Positions 1-12,672 are shown, counted from the stretch's first letter. The stretch is 64,000 nt of DNA from Epithemia pelagica (GCA_946965045.2 OX337232.1:1674001-1738000), one strand, 5' to 3'. Translations and numbers: made by a program. Notes: a model not told the origin generated them from the sequence alone.

Positions 1-240
1 CAGTAAATTGTACGGTCGGCAGTCTTCTCTGGTAGAATCCTTTCTAAGATATACCAACAAAATCAACTGTACCATCCCATCGTGTCAATGGCTCTTCTTC
101 TCAAGGGAGTCTGTGTTCATATATAAACAAGCTATAGGCCTCTCTATCCATCCCTAATTGTGGAAAAGTGATCTGTTCTTCTGCCAACATTTTCACCCTC
201 GGTCTTCAAACTTGTTATACGTCAAGACTCAACTATCATC

Positions 241-3200
241 ATGGCGTCTTTTCGATGTCCGCGGATTGCCCGCATCTTTCATAGCCACAAAAGCTCAGGG
301 GTCATCTTGCGTTCGACAAGACCGTTGCACTCGATGAGTGGCCTTTTTGCGGAGAGATTCGACACATATGAGCGAAATAAAATCGCGCTGAATCCTTTCC
401 TGTGGCCATGGTCGACGACCACTCCATCAAGAGGCGTCGATGAAAACCGCTCCCGAATTCAATGTCGGTACTTTGCGAGAAAAATCGGCCTCAATGATGA
501 ATATGATGATGATTCCTTCGATGTGGGTAGAAATAGAAAAGACGGCCAGAGACCCAACTTGATGAGCTTTGATTCTGGTGACGACTATTATGGTAACGAC
601 TTCTTTGACAGTTCTGACGACGACGAAGATGATGAAGAAGATGATGATGATGACTACCTTAGTCCAGAAATGGATGCTGTTCGAGCAAGAGAGGAAGCCG
701 TATTAGAGCGCAAAAAAGTGTTTGAGAACAAGAAAGGACGAGGATGGAGTGATGATTTGGAGGAACTAGAAGAAGCATTGATGGCGAATCAAAAAATTGA
801 GGATTTGCCCCAGTGGACCCCCGAGTGTGTCAGTAGGACAAGTCGTGAACGTGTGAATGTTTATCCGGAAAAAATTCCAACCTTGACCGCATTGGCACGT
901 TTGCCGTTGCCAATGCGGACTCATCCAAACCCAGGAGAAGGATTCACAAAAGAATACACTTTGTACCGTCGTGACGCAATCTTTAAACATGTCAAGAAAT
1001 GTGTCCGTGCCAAAGCTGAAGCGAGAGTGATGAGTATTCAGTCTCTGAGGACATGGGATGAAAAGCAAGAAGCGGTTGACAAACTTTTTGAAGAAGTGGA
1101 ATTTGAGCTAAAAAAAGACGAGGTGATTCTGGGACGCCAACCACAGTTTGGAGAGTGGGTCGAGAAGGCACTGGAAGAATATTTGATAGAAGTCGACGAA
1201 AGCAACAAGGAACAGCTATACAGAGAAGTCGCCGAAACGGTGAAGACGACCGCCGACCAACAGTTCAAGCTCATTGAGACTCGTCCAAAACTGGAGGACA
1301 AGGAAGCAGCATTCCGTGCACTAATAGCATCAATCGATGACATCAGGTCCACAGTGTCCAACTCACAACTAGAGCAACATCCGCTTTTCTCTCAATGGGT
1401 TGCCAAGGGTTTCGAAGAATACCTATCGAACCACAAGAAAGAGGCTGAAGATGCTCTTTTCGATCAGGTTTCCTCCTCAGTGCGTGCAAAGATTCCTTCT
1501 ACTGAATTGGATGACATACGGAGGATAAATAGTTCAGCTGGCCGGAGTGTCGCAATCAATGAGTTGTCCGAGTCGATCAGAGACCAAATGGCGAAGGAGA
1601 CTTTTGAGGGTGGAAAATACAACCTAATGAAATGGGTGAAAAAACTACACGAAGACAGTCTATATCAACAGGTTGCTGCCGCAGTACAGACTGAAGCTTC
1701 TTCTCTGCCTCTAGATGCAGTCAAAGACCAGGATGCACGGGATCGGTTGATTCATTTACGCGCGAAACTTCTTCGTCACAAGTTTGAACAGGAAGATTTT
1801 CCGCTATGTAAACACGAGAACTTTCTGAGCTGGTTGAAAAGAGCTCTGGAAGAGCACATAGACGGTTCCGACAGCGACCTGTTTCAACAAGTTGCTGTGG
1901 CTGTTGTCCCAAAAGTCGATGGTCCTCGGCGTGAAAGTATCCATGGTTTGCTATCGGTTGCTGACAAATGGGTGGCTTTTGATGAACTCTGTTGTTCAGT
2001 TGTTGACGAGCTTTACGCCGAAAACTTTGAGTTATCAGAGCACTACCTTTTCGACAAATGGGTAAAACGCGCATTGAAAGAGCACTTGATAAGCCTGAAT
2101 GTCTTACCAGAAAGCATGGATGGAGTGCTGGAACGGAAGGTCTCTGCACCCCTTTCTATGATTAAGAAGTCGATCCAGCAACAGATAAGTGTAATTGATG
2201 AATCCGATGAGACTTATCAGTACCCAGCATCAACGGATGATGAAAAGGCTGTACCAGTCTTCATGGACTGCTATGGTCCAGGATGTAGCACAGAGCAGAA
2301 TGTACCAGATATTTTGCGACCTCTCCGTTTCTATGATAGATCCCCCGAGACAGGTCGTATGATGGAAGACTGGCTCATGTCGTGCTACAAAGAAACCAAA
2401 CGAATCATGCTTCGTGAAAGCACTCGTACAATTGCCCAGTTAGTGAAGAAGGGTGAGACAACTCCGCAACGGGTTTTTGTTCATGGTCGCCAAGGCGTGG
2501 GGAAAACTGCGGCGTTGATGTCTATTGTGGCTTCAGCCCGTTCTTCTGGGCATATTGTACATTACATGCCCGATTCGCGACAGTTGCATGAATGCGGGAA
2601 AACTGTCACGGTCAACAAGAAACGGGAGGGTATGTTCGATCTTCCTGAGTTGTCAAAAAGTCAATGTAAGATATTGCTACAGACTCATCAAACCGATCTG
2701 GAAAGTTTCGCGGTATCTCGTGCTACCATGGACAAGTACTTTTCAGACAAGCGAATGGAAACGTTTGGGGATAGTGAATCTGTGGTTTCATTACTGAAAC
2801 TCGGTGAGGAAACAGAAGCTGCGGCCCCAGCCTGTTACTCATGTGTGATGGATGTGCTGATGCAACAAGAGGAGAAACCCTTCACGATTATTGTAGATGA
2901 ATTCAACATCTTCTTCGGAAAAGGAAAATACTACAATGACGCATACACGATCAACGAAAAGAAAAGGTTTATTCCACATCTCCAACTCAGCCTTTTTGAA
3001 ACTTTGTTGAAAGCAGCCGGTCTCACTATTGAAAACGATGGTGAAATGATCTTGGAACCTGTGTTGATGAAGAAGGGGTCAATAGTTGTTGCAACATCAG
3101 AAAGCCATGCTGTGCCCCGATTGGTTAGTGACGCTCTCTTCGAAAATGCACAGAGGGCTGAGAAAACAGGTTCTCTCAGTATTGTTGACGTCCCTCGACT

Positions 3201-3372
3201 TTCGAAATTGGAGGCGGAACACATGCTGTCCAGCTACGAGGCAACTGGAATGGGCAAACTACGACTGGATGAAGGTGCAACCGTAACGAACCCGCAGGAA
3301 GTGGAATACCTGCGGATGGTGTCGAGTTCGGTCGCTCAAAACCTTTTCAATGCGTGCATTGATTTTGATTGA
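241..3372 (+). CDS. DAP3: Mitochondrial ribosomal protein mS29/DAP3-like P-loop protein with a long repetitive N-terminal extension
   Basis: Intronless 1043-aa ORF. Arg/Ser-rich N-terminus resembles a mitochondrial presequence. C-terminal Walker A (VFVHGRQGVGKT) and Walker B (FTIIVDEFN) lie in a DAP3-type context. Confidence 0.75.
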   Translation: MASFRCPRIARIFHSHKSSGVILRSTRPLHSMSGLFAERFDTYERNKIALNPFLWPWSTTTPSRGVDENRSRIQCRYFARKIGLNDEYDDDSFDVGRNRKDGQRPNLMSFDSGDDYYGNDFFDSSDDDEDDEEDDDDDYLSPEMDAVRAREEAVLERKKVFENKKGRGWSDDLEELEEALMANQKIEDLPQWTPECVSRTSRERVNVYPEKIPTLTALARLPLPMRTHPNPGEGFTKEYTLYRRDAIFKHVKKCVRAKAEARVMSIQSLRTWDEKQEAVDKLFEEVEFELKKDEVILGRQPQFGEWVEKALEEYLIEVDESNKEQLYREVAETVKTTADQQFKLIETRPKLEDKEAAFRALIASIDDIRSTVSNSQLEQHPLFSQWVAKGFEEYLSNHKKEAEDALFDQVSSSVRAKIPSTELDDIRRINSSAGRSVAINELSESIRDQMAKETFEGGKYNLMKWVKKLHEDSLYQQVAAAVQTEASSLPLDAVKDQDARDRLIHLRAKLLRHKFEQEDFPLCKHENFLSWLKRALEEHIDGSDSDLFQQVAVAVVPKVDGPRRESIHGLLSVADKWVAFDELCCSVVDELYAENFELSEHYLFDKWVKRALKEHLISLNVLPESMDGVLERKVSAPLSMIKKSIQQQISVIDESDETYQYPASTDDEKAVPVFMDCYGPGCSTEQNVPDILRPLRFYDRSPETGRMMEDWLMSCYKETKRIMLRESTRTIAQLVKKGETTPQRVFVHGRQGVGKTAALMSIVASARSSGHIVHYMPDSRQLHECGKTVTVNKKREGMFDLPELSKSQCKILLQTHQTDLESFAVSRATMDKYFSDKRMETFGDSESVVSLLKLGEETEAAAPACYSCVMDVLMQQEEKPFTIIVDEFNIFFGKGKYYNDAYTINEKKRFIPHLQLSLFETLLKAAGLTIENDGEMILEPVLMKKGSIVVATSESHAVPRLVSDALFENAQRAEKTGSLSIVDVPRLSKLEAEHMLSSYEATGMGKLRLDEGATVTNPQEVEYLRMVSSSVAQNLFNACIDFD

Positions 3373-3495
3373 TCATTTCCTTTCTCATCCGACTTTTAAT
3401 GTCTGTACAAAGGTGCCGAAACCAGGTCCATGTTTCTACTGCTGAACGATCAATAACTATTCATTTCGAATAACTTACAACTCCTACTGGCTTTC

Positions 3496-4242
3496 TTAGA
3501 ACTTGGCAATTATGTCAGCCATTCGTACTACACTGTACTCTTCACCATCAATTTGTACTTCGTTTCCCGCGAAGTCGCGGAATTTTACCATATCATCTAC
3601 ATCAACATCCATTGCCATGAGTTCTCCATTGCTTGCTCTACGGCCAGGTCCAACTTTGACTACAGTGCCTGTAGACGGGCGAGTTTCTGAAGTGGATGAT
3701 TTCGCGATGAGAATACCTCCCTCCGTCGCTCGCTCCTTCAAATCAACCTGGACCAAAACATTATCCGCTGTGACATCAACCGTGTCAAGCGTCAATTGAT
3801 CTCCTGAAAACTTGACCAAGATATCATCATCTCTTATCAGAGTGTGCTTCTCCCCAGATAGATCGATTTCTGTTCCGTCATACTTTCCATAAACCACTCG
3901 ATCGCCATTCGAGACTGGCATCTCAATCAAAATTCCGGAATCGACATGTGTTTTTCCTGGCCCAACTGAAACAACAAGGCCTTCCGTTTTCTCAATCTTG
4001 GCCTTCCCTGCCAAAAGAATCCCTCCATCTGTTTTCTCGATCGCTTCAGCGACTTTTACCAATATGAAATTGTTCAATGGTTTCACCTCTCCTTCAATCG
4101 TTCGGCCGTCCACGGTCATGGCTTTCAGCTCCGTCCTTGGAGACGAGATCCTATGAATAGAGAATGGGTATGCGCTGGGCAATGATGCCACTAGAAGGCA
4201 AAGAAGCCGCACAGCTCTCATCGTGATGGTATGAAACCTCAT
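3496..4242 (-). CDS. CPN20: Plastid co-chaperonin Cpn20 (two tandem GroES domains)
   Basis: Two GroES repeats (VKPLNNFILVK...TDGGILL...VVSVGPG and TEGGILI...VVKVGPG). Bipartite signal with AYP/FSI cleavage. Likely start ATG 4242 or 4221. Confidence 0.9.
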   Translation of the reverse strand: MRFHTITMRAVRLLCLLVASLPSAYPFSIHRISSPRTELKAMTVDGRTIEGEVKPLNNFILVKVAEAIEKTDGGILLAGKAKIEKTEGLVVSVGPGKTHVDSGILIEMPVSNGDRVVYGKYDGTEIDLSGEKHTLIRDDDILVKFSGDQLTLDTVDVTADNVLVQVDLKERATEGGILIAKSSTSETRPSTGTVVKVGPGRRASNGELMAMDVDVDDMVKFRDFAGNEVQIDGEEYSVVRMADIIAKF

Positions 4243-4582
4243 GGTCGGACAGCCCAGAGAACAATTACGGATCTTTGATGGGCAGACTGATGGGGGGGGG
4301 CATTGTATCAAATGTGAGAAAAAGAGGATATTGTGGGGCGGGTTCAGATAGATTTCAATGCATGGTTATACATAATTCTAACGGCTCATAGCCAAAAAAT
4401 CCAACTTGCTCAAGACGCAAAAAAGCGAAGACTGGGACAAACGTCAGACCATACGCAAGCTCCCCACCGCACACGACGTTCCAAGTGGAAGGAAGACAGG
4501 ATGGGGCAACGGGATCTTGAATTTGATCTCGTTTTTCTTGTGGACGCAGAATACGGATTACGGATTCCTCATTGTTGCAAAG

Positions 4583-5730
4583 ATGCGTTTCTGCGCCAAT
4601 CTTTCTTTTGTATCCTTGTTGTTGGCCGCGTTACTCTATGGAGGTGTAGCGGTTTCGCGAATTCAGATTGTGTCGCCATTACAGGCTTTGACAGTGTGGG
4701 ATCCAGAGGTAAACAAAGAGGAACCAACTTGGCGGAGTCGGTTTTTACCAAGGTACAAAGTTGGGTTGGAAGCCGAAGCGTCCGTCCGAAAAGAATACGA
4801 CAATAAGCGAAAGAAGTTAGCAGCAAAGGCAACTGCAGCAGCTGCAAAGGGGAAAAATTGGGCTGCCCGTGCTCAAGCAGCAGAGCGTGATCTTCAGCGA
4901 GCCGAAGATGCGTCTGTCGAAGCAGCATACGATCGAGCAGTCAAAGATTACGAAACGCAAAAGACGAGAGAAAAGCGGGTAACAAGTGTTCGCCACAATC
5001 GCAATCAGTATCAATTTGTTGGTCTTGTTCAGCCTTCCTCTGCCAAACAAAGTGGTTCTCCTATAACGTGGTACGCTCGCAAAAAACCATCGAAGGCCAA
5101 TTGGTCTATTCGACTTCTTCATGTGAACAGACCAGCTGTTATCAAGGATTTGTTCGAACATGGTAAAGTTGACTTGTTTGCTTCATACAGCAACACGGGG
5201 CGTGTTGATGAAACATCAGGGTTACCCGTTATCACCGGTGATTACAAGATACGAGAACGATCATGGAGGTACGCTTGATGATATAAGTCCCTGGCTCTTA
5301 TTATGTTATGGTCGAATCGGGTCTGACCTATTACTGTTTTGTCTTGTGTTGTCACAGAAATTGCTGGAATTTTTCTCCAAAGGTGGGTTTTCGGGTCGTG
5401 GTGTCTAGGATGTTGAATTTCGGGTTCCAGACTGCTCACACATAGGTTTGTGACTTTTGCAAATTTGTAATTATTTCTTCATGACAGCATTTCATAACTG
5501 ATTCTTCGGGCATGTATTGGCGGGAACGACGAGTACGTCCGGGGTTATACACTGACGGGAGAACTGTTTACGAATCGACGTATCGATATTCTGATGGCCG
5601 TAATGGAATGGACAAGAAATCAAGCTTCGACACCTTAATGAAAAGCTCAGCTATTCATCGGAAAACAAAAGATCGGATATTGAAACGTTTGAGACAAGAT
5701 GTCCCTGATCTCGTTCTTGAAGAGTACTAG
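4583..5730 (+). CDS. Hypothetical signal-peptide protein, 3 exons (4583-5268, 5358-5382, 5488-5730)
   Basis: Signal peptide MRFCANLSFVSLLLAALL. GT-AG introns 5269-5357 and 5383-5487 join the frame as RSWR/NCWNFSPK/HFITDSSGMYWRERR. Confidence 0.7.
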
Positions 5731-5859
5731 GAAACTGGTAGAAAGACGTAGGAGTACGAAAGAATACACTCAGCTGAATTTCTAGGGTATTATGATAATA
5801 TAGCTCGCATTACCTACCGGGTGTACCTGTACTGTCGGCGTTACGCTGTTTTTTCTCAT

Positions 5860-6370
5860 GAAGAAAACCGTCATATGAACCCTACGTTTATACTTCGTCC
5901 TTTATTCGAGATGGCCCAAATGCCACTCGTACGGCGGTTGATTAGTCATAAGCTGGTCCAAAACACATTGGGTTTAAGACACCTGAGTCTCCATAGAGAT
6001 ATGCGTGGTGTTGGTATCTTCGCGGGAACAGGGGAGCAGCCCATTGGGTGCGTGAGTCAAAAAGAATACTTCTCACTCCTTAGCGCATATCGAATGGCCG
6101 TCAGATAGAAGATAGTACGAGTATCGGTGAAGAAAACCGTGATATGAACCCTACGTTTATGCTTCGTCCTTTATTCGAGATGGCCCACATGCCACTCGTA
6201 AGTGTCTGGCGGTTGATTAGTCATAAGCTGGTCCAAAACACATTACACATACGTAGAGAGATGCGTGGTGTTGGTATCTTCGCGGGAACAGGAGCAGCCC
6301 ATTGCGTGCGGGAGTCAAAAAGAATACTTCTCACTCCTTAGCGCATATCGAATGGCCGTCAGATAAAAGA
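5860..6370. repeat. Diverged tandem duplication of about 250 bp (5860-6112 and 6129-6370)
   Basis: Both copies run GAAGAAAACCGT...CGAATGGCCGTCAGATA with a few indels. Confidence 0.9.
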
Positions 6371-6722
6371 GACTACTAGGGTACAGTAGTAGTATAGTAG
6401 TCATGCTGGAGATTTTCCCGGTTACGAGAAATCCATGAATAAATCGACAGTAGGACATAGGAGGCGCTAAAACGACAGCGAGTGTTCATGGTTCTTTAAA
6501 CAAAAGCGCCTCCTTTCATACCGGAGTGGTAGTGCAGAGAAGGTTACTCGTAGCCATCGCAATGTTCTGGTTCAGTCACAGTTCATGCGTTGAGGAGCAA
6601 TGTAGTCATTTTTGAAGCTATTCATTGCTCCCCTGTCAGACCTTTCCACTTTCCATACTTCTCACTATTTCTCGTCGCGCCCTTTTTCACTTGTTCCCAA
6701 CATCCTGATTTCCTAACTAAAC

Positions 6723-8310
6723 ATGTCTTTCCAGCAACCAGTCTCCAAAATACCCGGTCAACGCTTCGTCAACTCTGATGCGTTCCCTACAACCTTTCGA
6801 AGTCAGTCACATGCCCCACCTCCGAGCTTCAGTTCACACGATAATCATAGCACAAACACATTTGCCCCTACGATGGACTCGCGAATGGGCTATGGTCAAG
6901 GACGGTACGACGAAGAATGCAAAATTGAGATTGGTGAGTATTCCTATGACGAAGAAGCACCTTCGTTTCCCAACGACGCCAGCCCTGTGCCTCCTTATGT
7001 TGCGCCATCTTCTGTGCAACATGTGGTACCTGCTGCTAAATTTGAGACTCATAGCCTCCGAGAAAGCGAGAGCAAACAGACAGCGCATAGAATCTCATCC
7101 GCGGACGAAGTTATGAGCAATGATGGTCCTTCAGAGCCTTCAGGATACGGTTTCGGCGTCCCAAAACTCGATTCCATGGATGATTCCACTGAAGAAGACC
7201 AAGAAGGGCCACTTCCTCTCGATGAACATGATATTGGATCTATCGAAGACATCAAGGCGTTTCAAAATGATCACATCGATTATCCTGGAGACAATGGAAT
7301 CTTTCCAAATGTTTCTCGATATGAACTTGTGGTTGTCGCCGTGATTGCGATTCTAGTTGCATCCGCCATTGTTGCCACAGCAACATCAATTGCAGTGATC
7401 CGCAACAATGACAGAGCTAGCAATGGAGACGGAGCTGTTGTCCCTCAAGTTGAAGCTGCACCGATGTCCTCCAGTAGCCGCACTTTAAGTCCCCAAGAAC
7501 AGTTCCAAATGATCCGCTCGACGCTTTCTAGGAACCCTGTCACGTATAACTACACCTTGGAAATCCCTTATGAGATGGAATCTCTGGAAAAAGGTGCCCA
7601 TGAGGACATCACCACCGCACCCTCGGTTAGAGCACTATCCTGGCTTATTTTTGTGGACAACCAAGATTCGGAAAACGAACTAGTTTCTCGCTTTGCCTTG
7701 GCAATGCTGTACTACTCCATGGGGGGAGAGGGCTGGACTAATTCCGATGGGTGGCTATCCAATCAAAAGATTTGTTCGGACTTCGAGGGGAAAGGAAATT
7801 GGTATGGCATCACTTGCAGTCATCGTTTGGATCCCGGAATATTGCATGTCTCAGAGCTGGAACTCAGCGACAACAATCTCTCTGATGAACTGTCCAAATC
7901 CTTGTGTTTGCTTCAATCGTTGCAAAGCCTGTGGATGGATCGCAATAAAATTTCGGGTTTAATAGATCCAGACCTATTCCCGTCCATGCCAAACCTCCAA
8001 TTTCTCTATGTGCAGCACAACCACCTCGTCGGACCAATTCCAAATACGTTTTTGAAGAACGACAACAACCTCCGTAAGTACAAACTTTTGGTGTGTGGAG
8101 GGATGAATCAGGTGGCATCAGTCCTTACTCATTCATTTGGTTTCAGGAACGTTCTTTATTCAAGGCAACAACTTTACTGGATCATTCCCGGAAGAGTACT
8201 GCCCTGCATGTGCAACGTGCCCCTCACCCCTGTTGGAATTCGGCTTGGACTGTCATGTCAACGCTTGTGCGACTTCGAGCTGCTGCGATCCAGAAATGAA
8301 TTGTCACTGA
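6723..8310 (+). CDS. Type II membrane leucine-rich-repeat protein (diatom LRR family)
   Basis: Acidic N-terminus, TM segment VVVAVIAILVASAIVA, then RFALAMLYYSMGGEGW...WYGITC, LRRs (LELSDNNL) and a Cys-rich tail. Intron 8074-8146 restores NNLR/TFFIQGNNFTG; stop 8308-8310. Confidence 0.85.
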
Positions 8311-8464
8311 AATATTTTCGGATAAAGCTCCCAGAAAAGTTTCGTTAGGAGATGGGCCAAAAGTTAAGTCTTAGTAAAAACTCGTGATCGAAGGCAAGTT
8401 GCCTTTTCGTGGCTGGATGAGCCTTAACTTAGAAGAGACTGCAAGACACCTCAAAATCACCTGT

Positions 8465-10330
8465 TCAAGCATGGTAAGACCGATGAACCACAATTACAAG
8501 CAGAACAAAAGCACCACTGATACATGTAAGAAGGAAAGGGCCCCAATCCCGGGTGCTCAGAGCAGACCATAGAGCACTCTCTGCATACGCCCAGAATGGC
8601 CGCAAGACTGGAGATTGAACTGAACAATTCCATATGATAGCGGCTGATATTGATACAATAAGTAGATCAAACAGCAAAGACTGACGAGATATCAGAAAGG
8701 AATACGGATAGGACTGATCCGATACTGATTTTATGTCCTTTTTCATCGGTAACAATCTCGTCTCTCCGTTTGAGGCACGTTCCATATCATCTTCCCGTGG
8801 ATCTAAGTCAGGAGGTCCTCGTGATTCTAAGCAGCATGACGAATGTTTCAAATAGAGTCAGTGATGCAAAATAATCGTGATGAATGTTGTTGCTCCCAAA
8901 ACACCGATGAAAGGAGTGTGTAATATTTTACACCATGAAACCGAAACGATGTAACCGAACGTGTTCCATCCAAAAAGCAAGAAAATATCCAAAATGGAAT
9001 GTCCAGTTTGTTGGCAAGAATTTTTTTCAATCATGATATAATTTTGCGTTCGCAGAGTCTAGAAGATTGCACCGTAGGGAATGTACAGTGAGAGAATCTG
9101 CAGAACCGTTGTCGACAGAGATAAACGCAGGACCATACCACCGAGAAACTGCTGGTCAACTCGTGCAGAGAATGTCTCTTTGTCGTATGCCAATGACTCC
9201 ACCAGAGAAAATATTATGATTGCATGACCGACAAAACTTACATAGAATAGATACGAAGAACACCATCCACCCGGAATATCGTGTCTCCTATTCACATTTG
9301 TTGATTCAATGACAGAAGTGCAGTGGAAAAACAAAGCCCCAGTGATTCGCACAGTGCAGAATGCTATGACACACGCTGCTGTAACGACTTGCAAAGATGC
9401 GTAGAAGACAGACCGTATACCGTGACGGATGGCTTCTGCGAATGCTTCGGCCGCAGCTGTCTCTTCGTCTGCAGCCTCCATTTCTTGGGCAATAGAAGAT
9501 TTGCCTTCAACTTCAGCTTGAGTGCGTTTTTCAGCAGCTACACCTTCCTTTTCTGCAACCTCACCTTCCATTACAGCAATTTCTTCCTCCATAATCACAG
9601 CAGCTTCATGAAGAACGCTGGATTCAGTAGCTGCAAGAGACGCTTCTGCTTGAAAGTGAGCAGCTAATCCAAGCTGAACTTGCTCCTCTTTCTTGGAAGC
9701 TGAATAAAGAGCAAAATCAGTCACAGATTGCGACGCTTCATTGGCAGCTGCCATTTCCAAGGAGGTTGCCGCCAAGCCCCCAACGAAATCGCATATCATG
9801 TCGAAAGCAGGAATAAATTGGCAAAGTAGAACAGCTCCCTCATCAGCGTCTGCCTCAGAAGATGCCCTGGCTGCTGATTCAGCCATCTCTGCACTCATAG
9901 CAAGTTCTTCCTTAGCAGCTGCATCGTCCGCAGCCGCTTTCGCGAAATGAGCATCGGCCTCATTAGTTTCATCCGAGGCGAGCTCCGCCAACTCGGATGA
10001 TTTCGTTTCCTTTCCTCGAAGTAAGGCTTTCTCGGATTCAATTTTTTCTGTGAGCGTATCTGCTTCAGCCTGAAGCACGGAAGCCGAAGTCATATCTTCT
10101 TTTGAAGATGCTGAAAGTTGATTGGCTTTCAAACGAGATTTGCTGGCAGCAGATTGTAATTCGACTCCTCTTTCTGTCGAAACAGTCATATCAATCAGCT
10201 CCAGCTTCAGCTGGCGCTGCCATATTATCGTTGCCGAAGCAAGCGCCACTGTTGAGACGTACAATGAATGTTGAATGTTGGTCATTTTTGCGACATAGAT
10301 CATGGAACTTTGATCATTGCTGATGCTCAC
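8465..10330 (-). pseudogene. Ala/Glu coiled-coil plus multi-pass membrane protein with two in-frame stops
   Basis: ORFs 9059-10330 and 8465-8851 are in the same frame. Only TAG (9059-9061) and TGA (8858-8860) interrupt them, and the 66 codons between are open and hydrophobic. Confidence 0.6.
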
Positions 10331-10730
10331 TGCATCACGGACGGTTAGTAGATATGTTGTTTATTAGTATAAGTCCTTTCGAGGAGGGTCGCCCGGCGTG
10401 AATAACGAGGAGAACATGGAGAGGAGGGCTTATATTGGACACGACATATACATGTGCCTGAGTAAATCCCGCTTAAAAAATTCCATTTCTTATTTTAATT
10501 TTAACGCCAATCGAAAGCGAGCGCGCTCACAACTCACAACTCACAACTCACATTTCTCCCCGAGTTTGGTATTGAGTTAGGGGGAGGAAAAGGGGGAGTT
10601 CTATGGATGGATGGTGACATGGTGGCTGTCACAGTCACAAGTCACAAACACAAGCGCATTTATCATTTGTCATGTTCAGAATCCTGAGTAGTTTCGGCAA
10701 TGCAGTGGTCATACTATCGTTTGTGGTATA

Positions 10731-12672
10731 ATGCAATCATCTTCTCAAAGAACGAATGTAGAGATGATTGAATGTTCACAGAATGAGACGGATACTCTGG
10801 GGCTCGAGACACCTGGGAAAGCAAAGGTAGTTGTCGTCGCCATTAAAAACGAATCCGAGCACGACGACCGCAATCCCCTTCCTAAGATGGAAGTTGGAAG
10901 GGTTTTGGAGACCAATGAGAAAAGTGGAGGAAGAATCTTTTTGGGAATTTTTCGAGAATTGAATTGGGAACGTCCCATCCACTTGGGATTTGGTTTATTC
11001 TTGGTGCTTTTCCCATTCTGGTTGTTGGATTCTCTTAAAGATCCATTGCTAAGCGCACTAACACTCAACTTAGAACGACACCAGCCATCGGCAAAGTTAT
11101 TGAGTGTTGTGACGACATTGTCTCTCGTTTGCCTTCTGGAATACGTTGCCAAAGAGCGCAGCCGTTCCAGCAAAACCGATCAAGAATCATCACAAATCCG
11201 GAGTCCGGAAGAAGTCATGGATGGCGGGGGCACTTGGACTAGGATGTCCCTTGCAGACTCTTTATCCAGAGAAAGAGTACATACTGAAGAAATGACCGGT
11301 GTTCCCTCTTCAATCTTTGCTTCGATTGGAATTCCTTATTGTATTGCCTTTGGGATTATGGCATACTTACTGCAGTTTCATGCTCTTGCGCAACCTCGAA
11401 ACGCATCAGAGGAATCTGGAATGTCGTACTGGCATCTTCTGGGCTACTGTCTATACGCAGCAATAGAGTCATACGGATCGTTGGCAGTGGCAGCATTTTG
11501 GTCCTACACGAATTCCACTCTTTCACTCGAACAAGCTGAAGCGTTCTACGGCCCGATTATTGCAATTGCGCAACTCGGTGCTATTGGAGGAAGCACAATG
11601 GCCACAACAAAGTATGAACATGTCACACTGGTAGTGCTGTCTTGCCTTGTGATGATACTGCATATTGTGGTGATGCTTTTGTATGTTCGAAAGCATCAGC
11701 CATATCATCCAGATCCCATCGTCCCGCCGCTACAGCGTCAAGAGCCGTTGCACCAGCAAAAAATGACTTGGAGAGGAAGAGAAAAGATTTCGGGAAAAAT
11801 TCCTTGGCTCACAGGAATTTATTTGATTCTTGAACACAACTTTGTAATTTTAATTCTTGGGGCGTCGTGTTTGTACGACATAAGTTTGACATGCCTGAAC
11901 TATCAGATGACGTTGCTTGGTTGGAACCGTCACGGTGCAGGCGAGTCAGATGGAATATCGTTTACCCGTTTCATGGGTCGATATGGCCAACTGGTGAACG
12001 TCTTAAGCTTGATACTTTCCAGTGCGGTGTTTCCTTGGCTCATGAAAAACATTGGGCTTCGATCTACCCTGCGTTTGTTTCCGACACTTTTGTTGGTCGT
12101 CAATATGATAGCATTCCTTGCTCTCCCAGGCAACCTTTGGGTTCTGTTCTTTAGTATGTCGATCCTCAAAGCTATGACGTACAGTATTCATGACCCATCG
12201 ACTGAGATTTTGTATTTACCCACCGCTCCTCAAATCAAATTTCAAGCAAAATTCTGGATTGACGTTGTCGGTAAGTTCAACGGGAACGCTTTCAAAACCA
12301 ACCCCGGAATTTTCATCTCATATCACTGCTGTCTGTTGATGTGCTTTTTCTCTAGGTGCCAGGATTGCAAAAGCTTTTGGGAGTTCAATAAATACAATGG
12401 CAGGAAATGTCAACCGCAGCATTCGTGTTGCCAGTGCCCCTAGCTTGTGCTCTGCATTGGCGCTTTGGTGGATTTGCTACGTTGTTGGTGACGAGTTTGA
12501 AAGCTTGATTCAAAGCGGTGGAGTTGTGGGGCTAGAGAGGGCTGATAGTGACACAAACGGTACGGGCAATGAAGTTGTTCCCTTGATAGCATCCGAACTC
12601 GAAGGTGAGGTTGTCTTTGAACCATGTGGATCAGTGTCGAGTGAGCAATCAAGAACTTTGTTCGAGTCGTGA
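10731..12672 (+). CDS. Nucleotide transporter, NTT/TLC ATP/ADP-transporter family
   Basis: Multiple TM segments, plus KAMTYSIHDPSTEILYLP and KFWIDVVG/ARIAKAFGS motifs after splicing out intron 12271-12355. Confidence 0.8.

Noticed and set aside
10527-10655. ACAACTC x3 and GTCACA micro-repeats upstream of the NTT gene
   Set aside because: Short low-complexity motifs common in diatom intergenic DNA; nothing specific can be supported.
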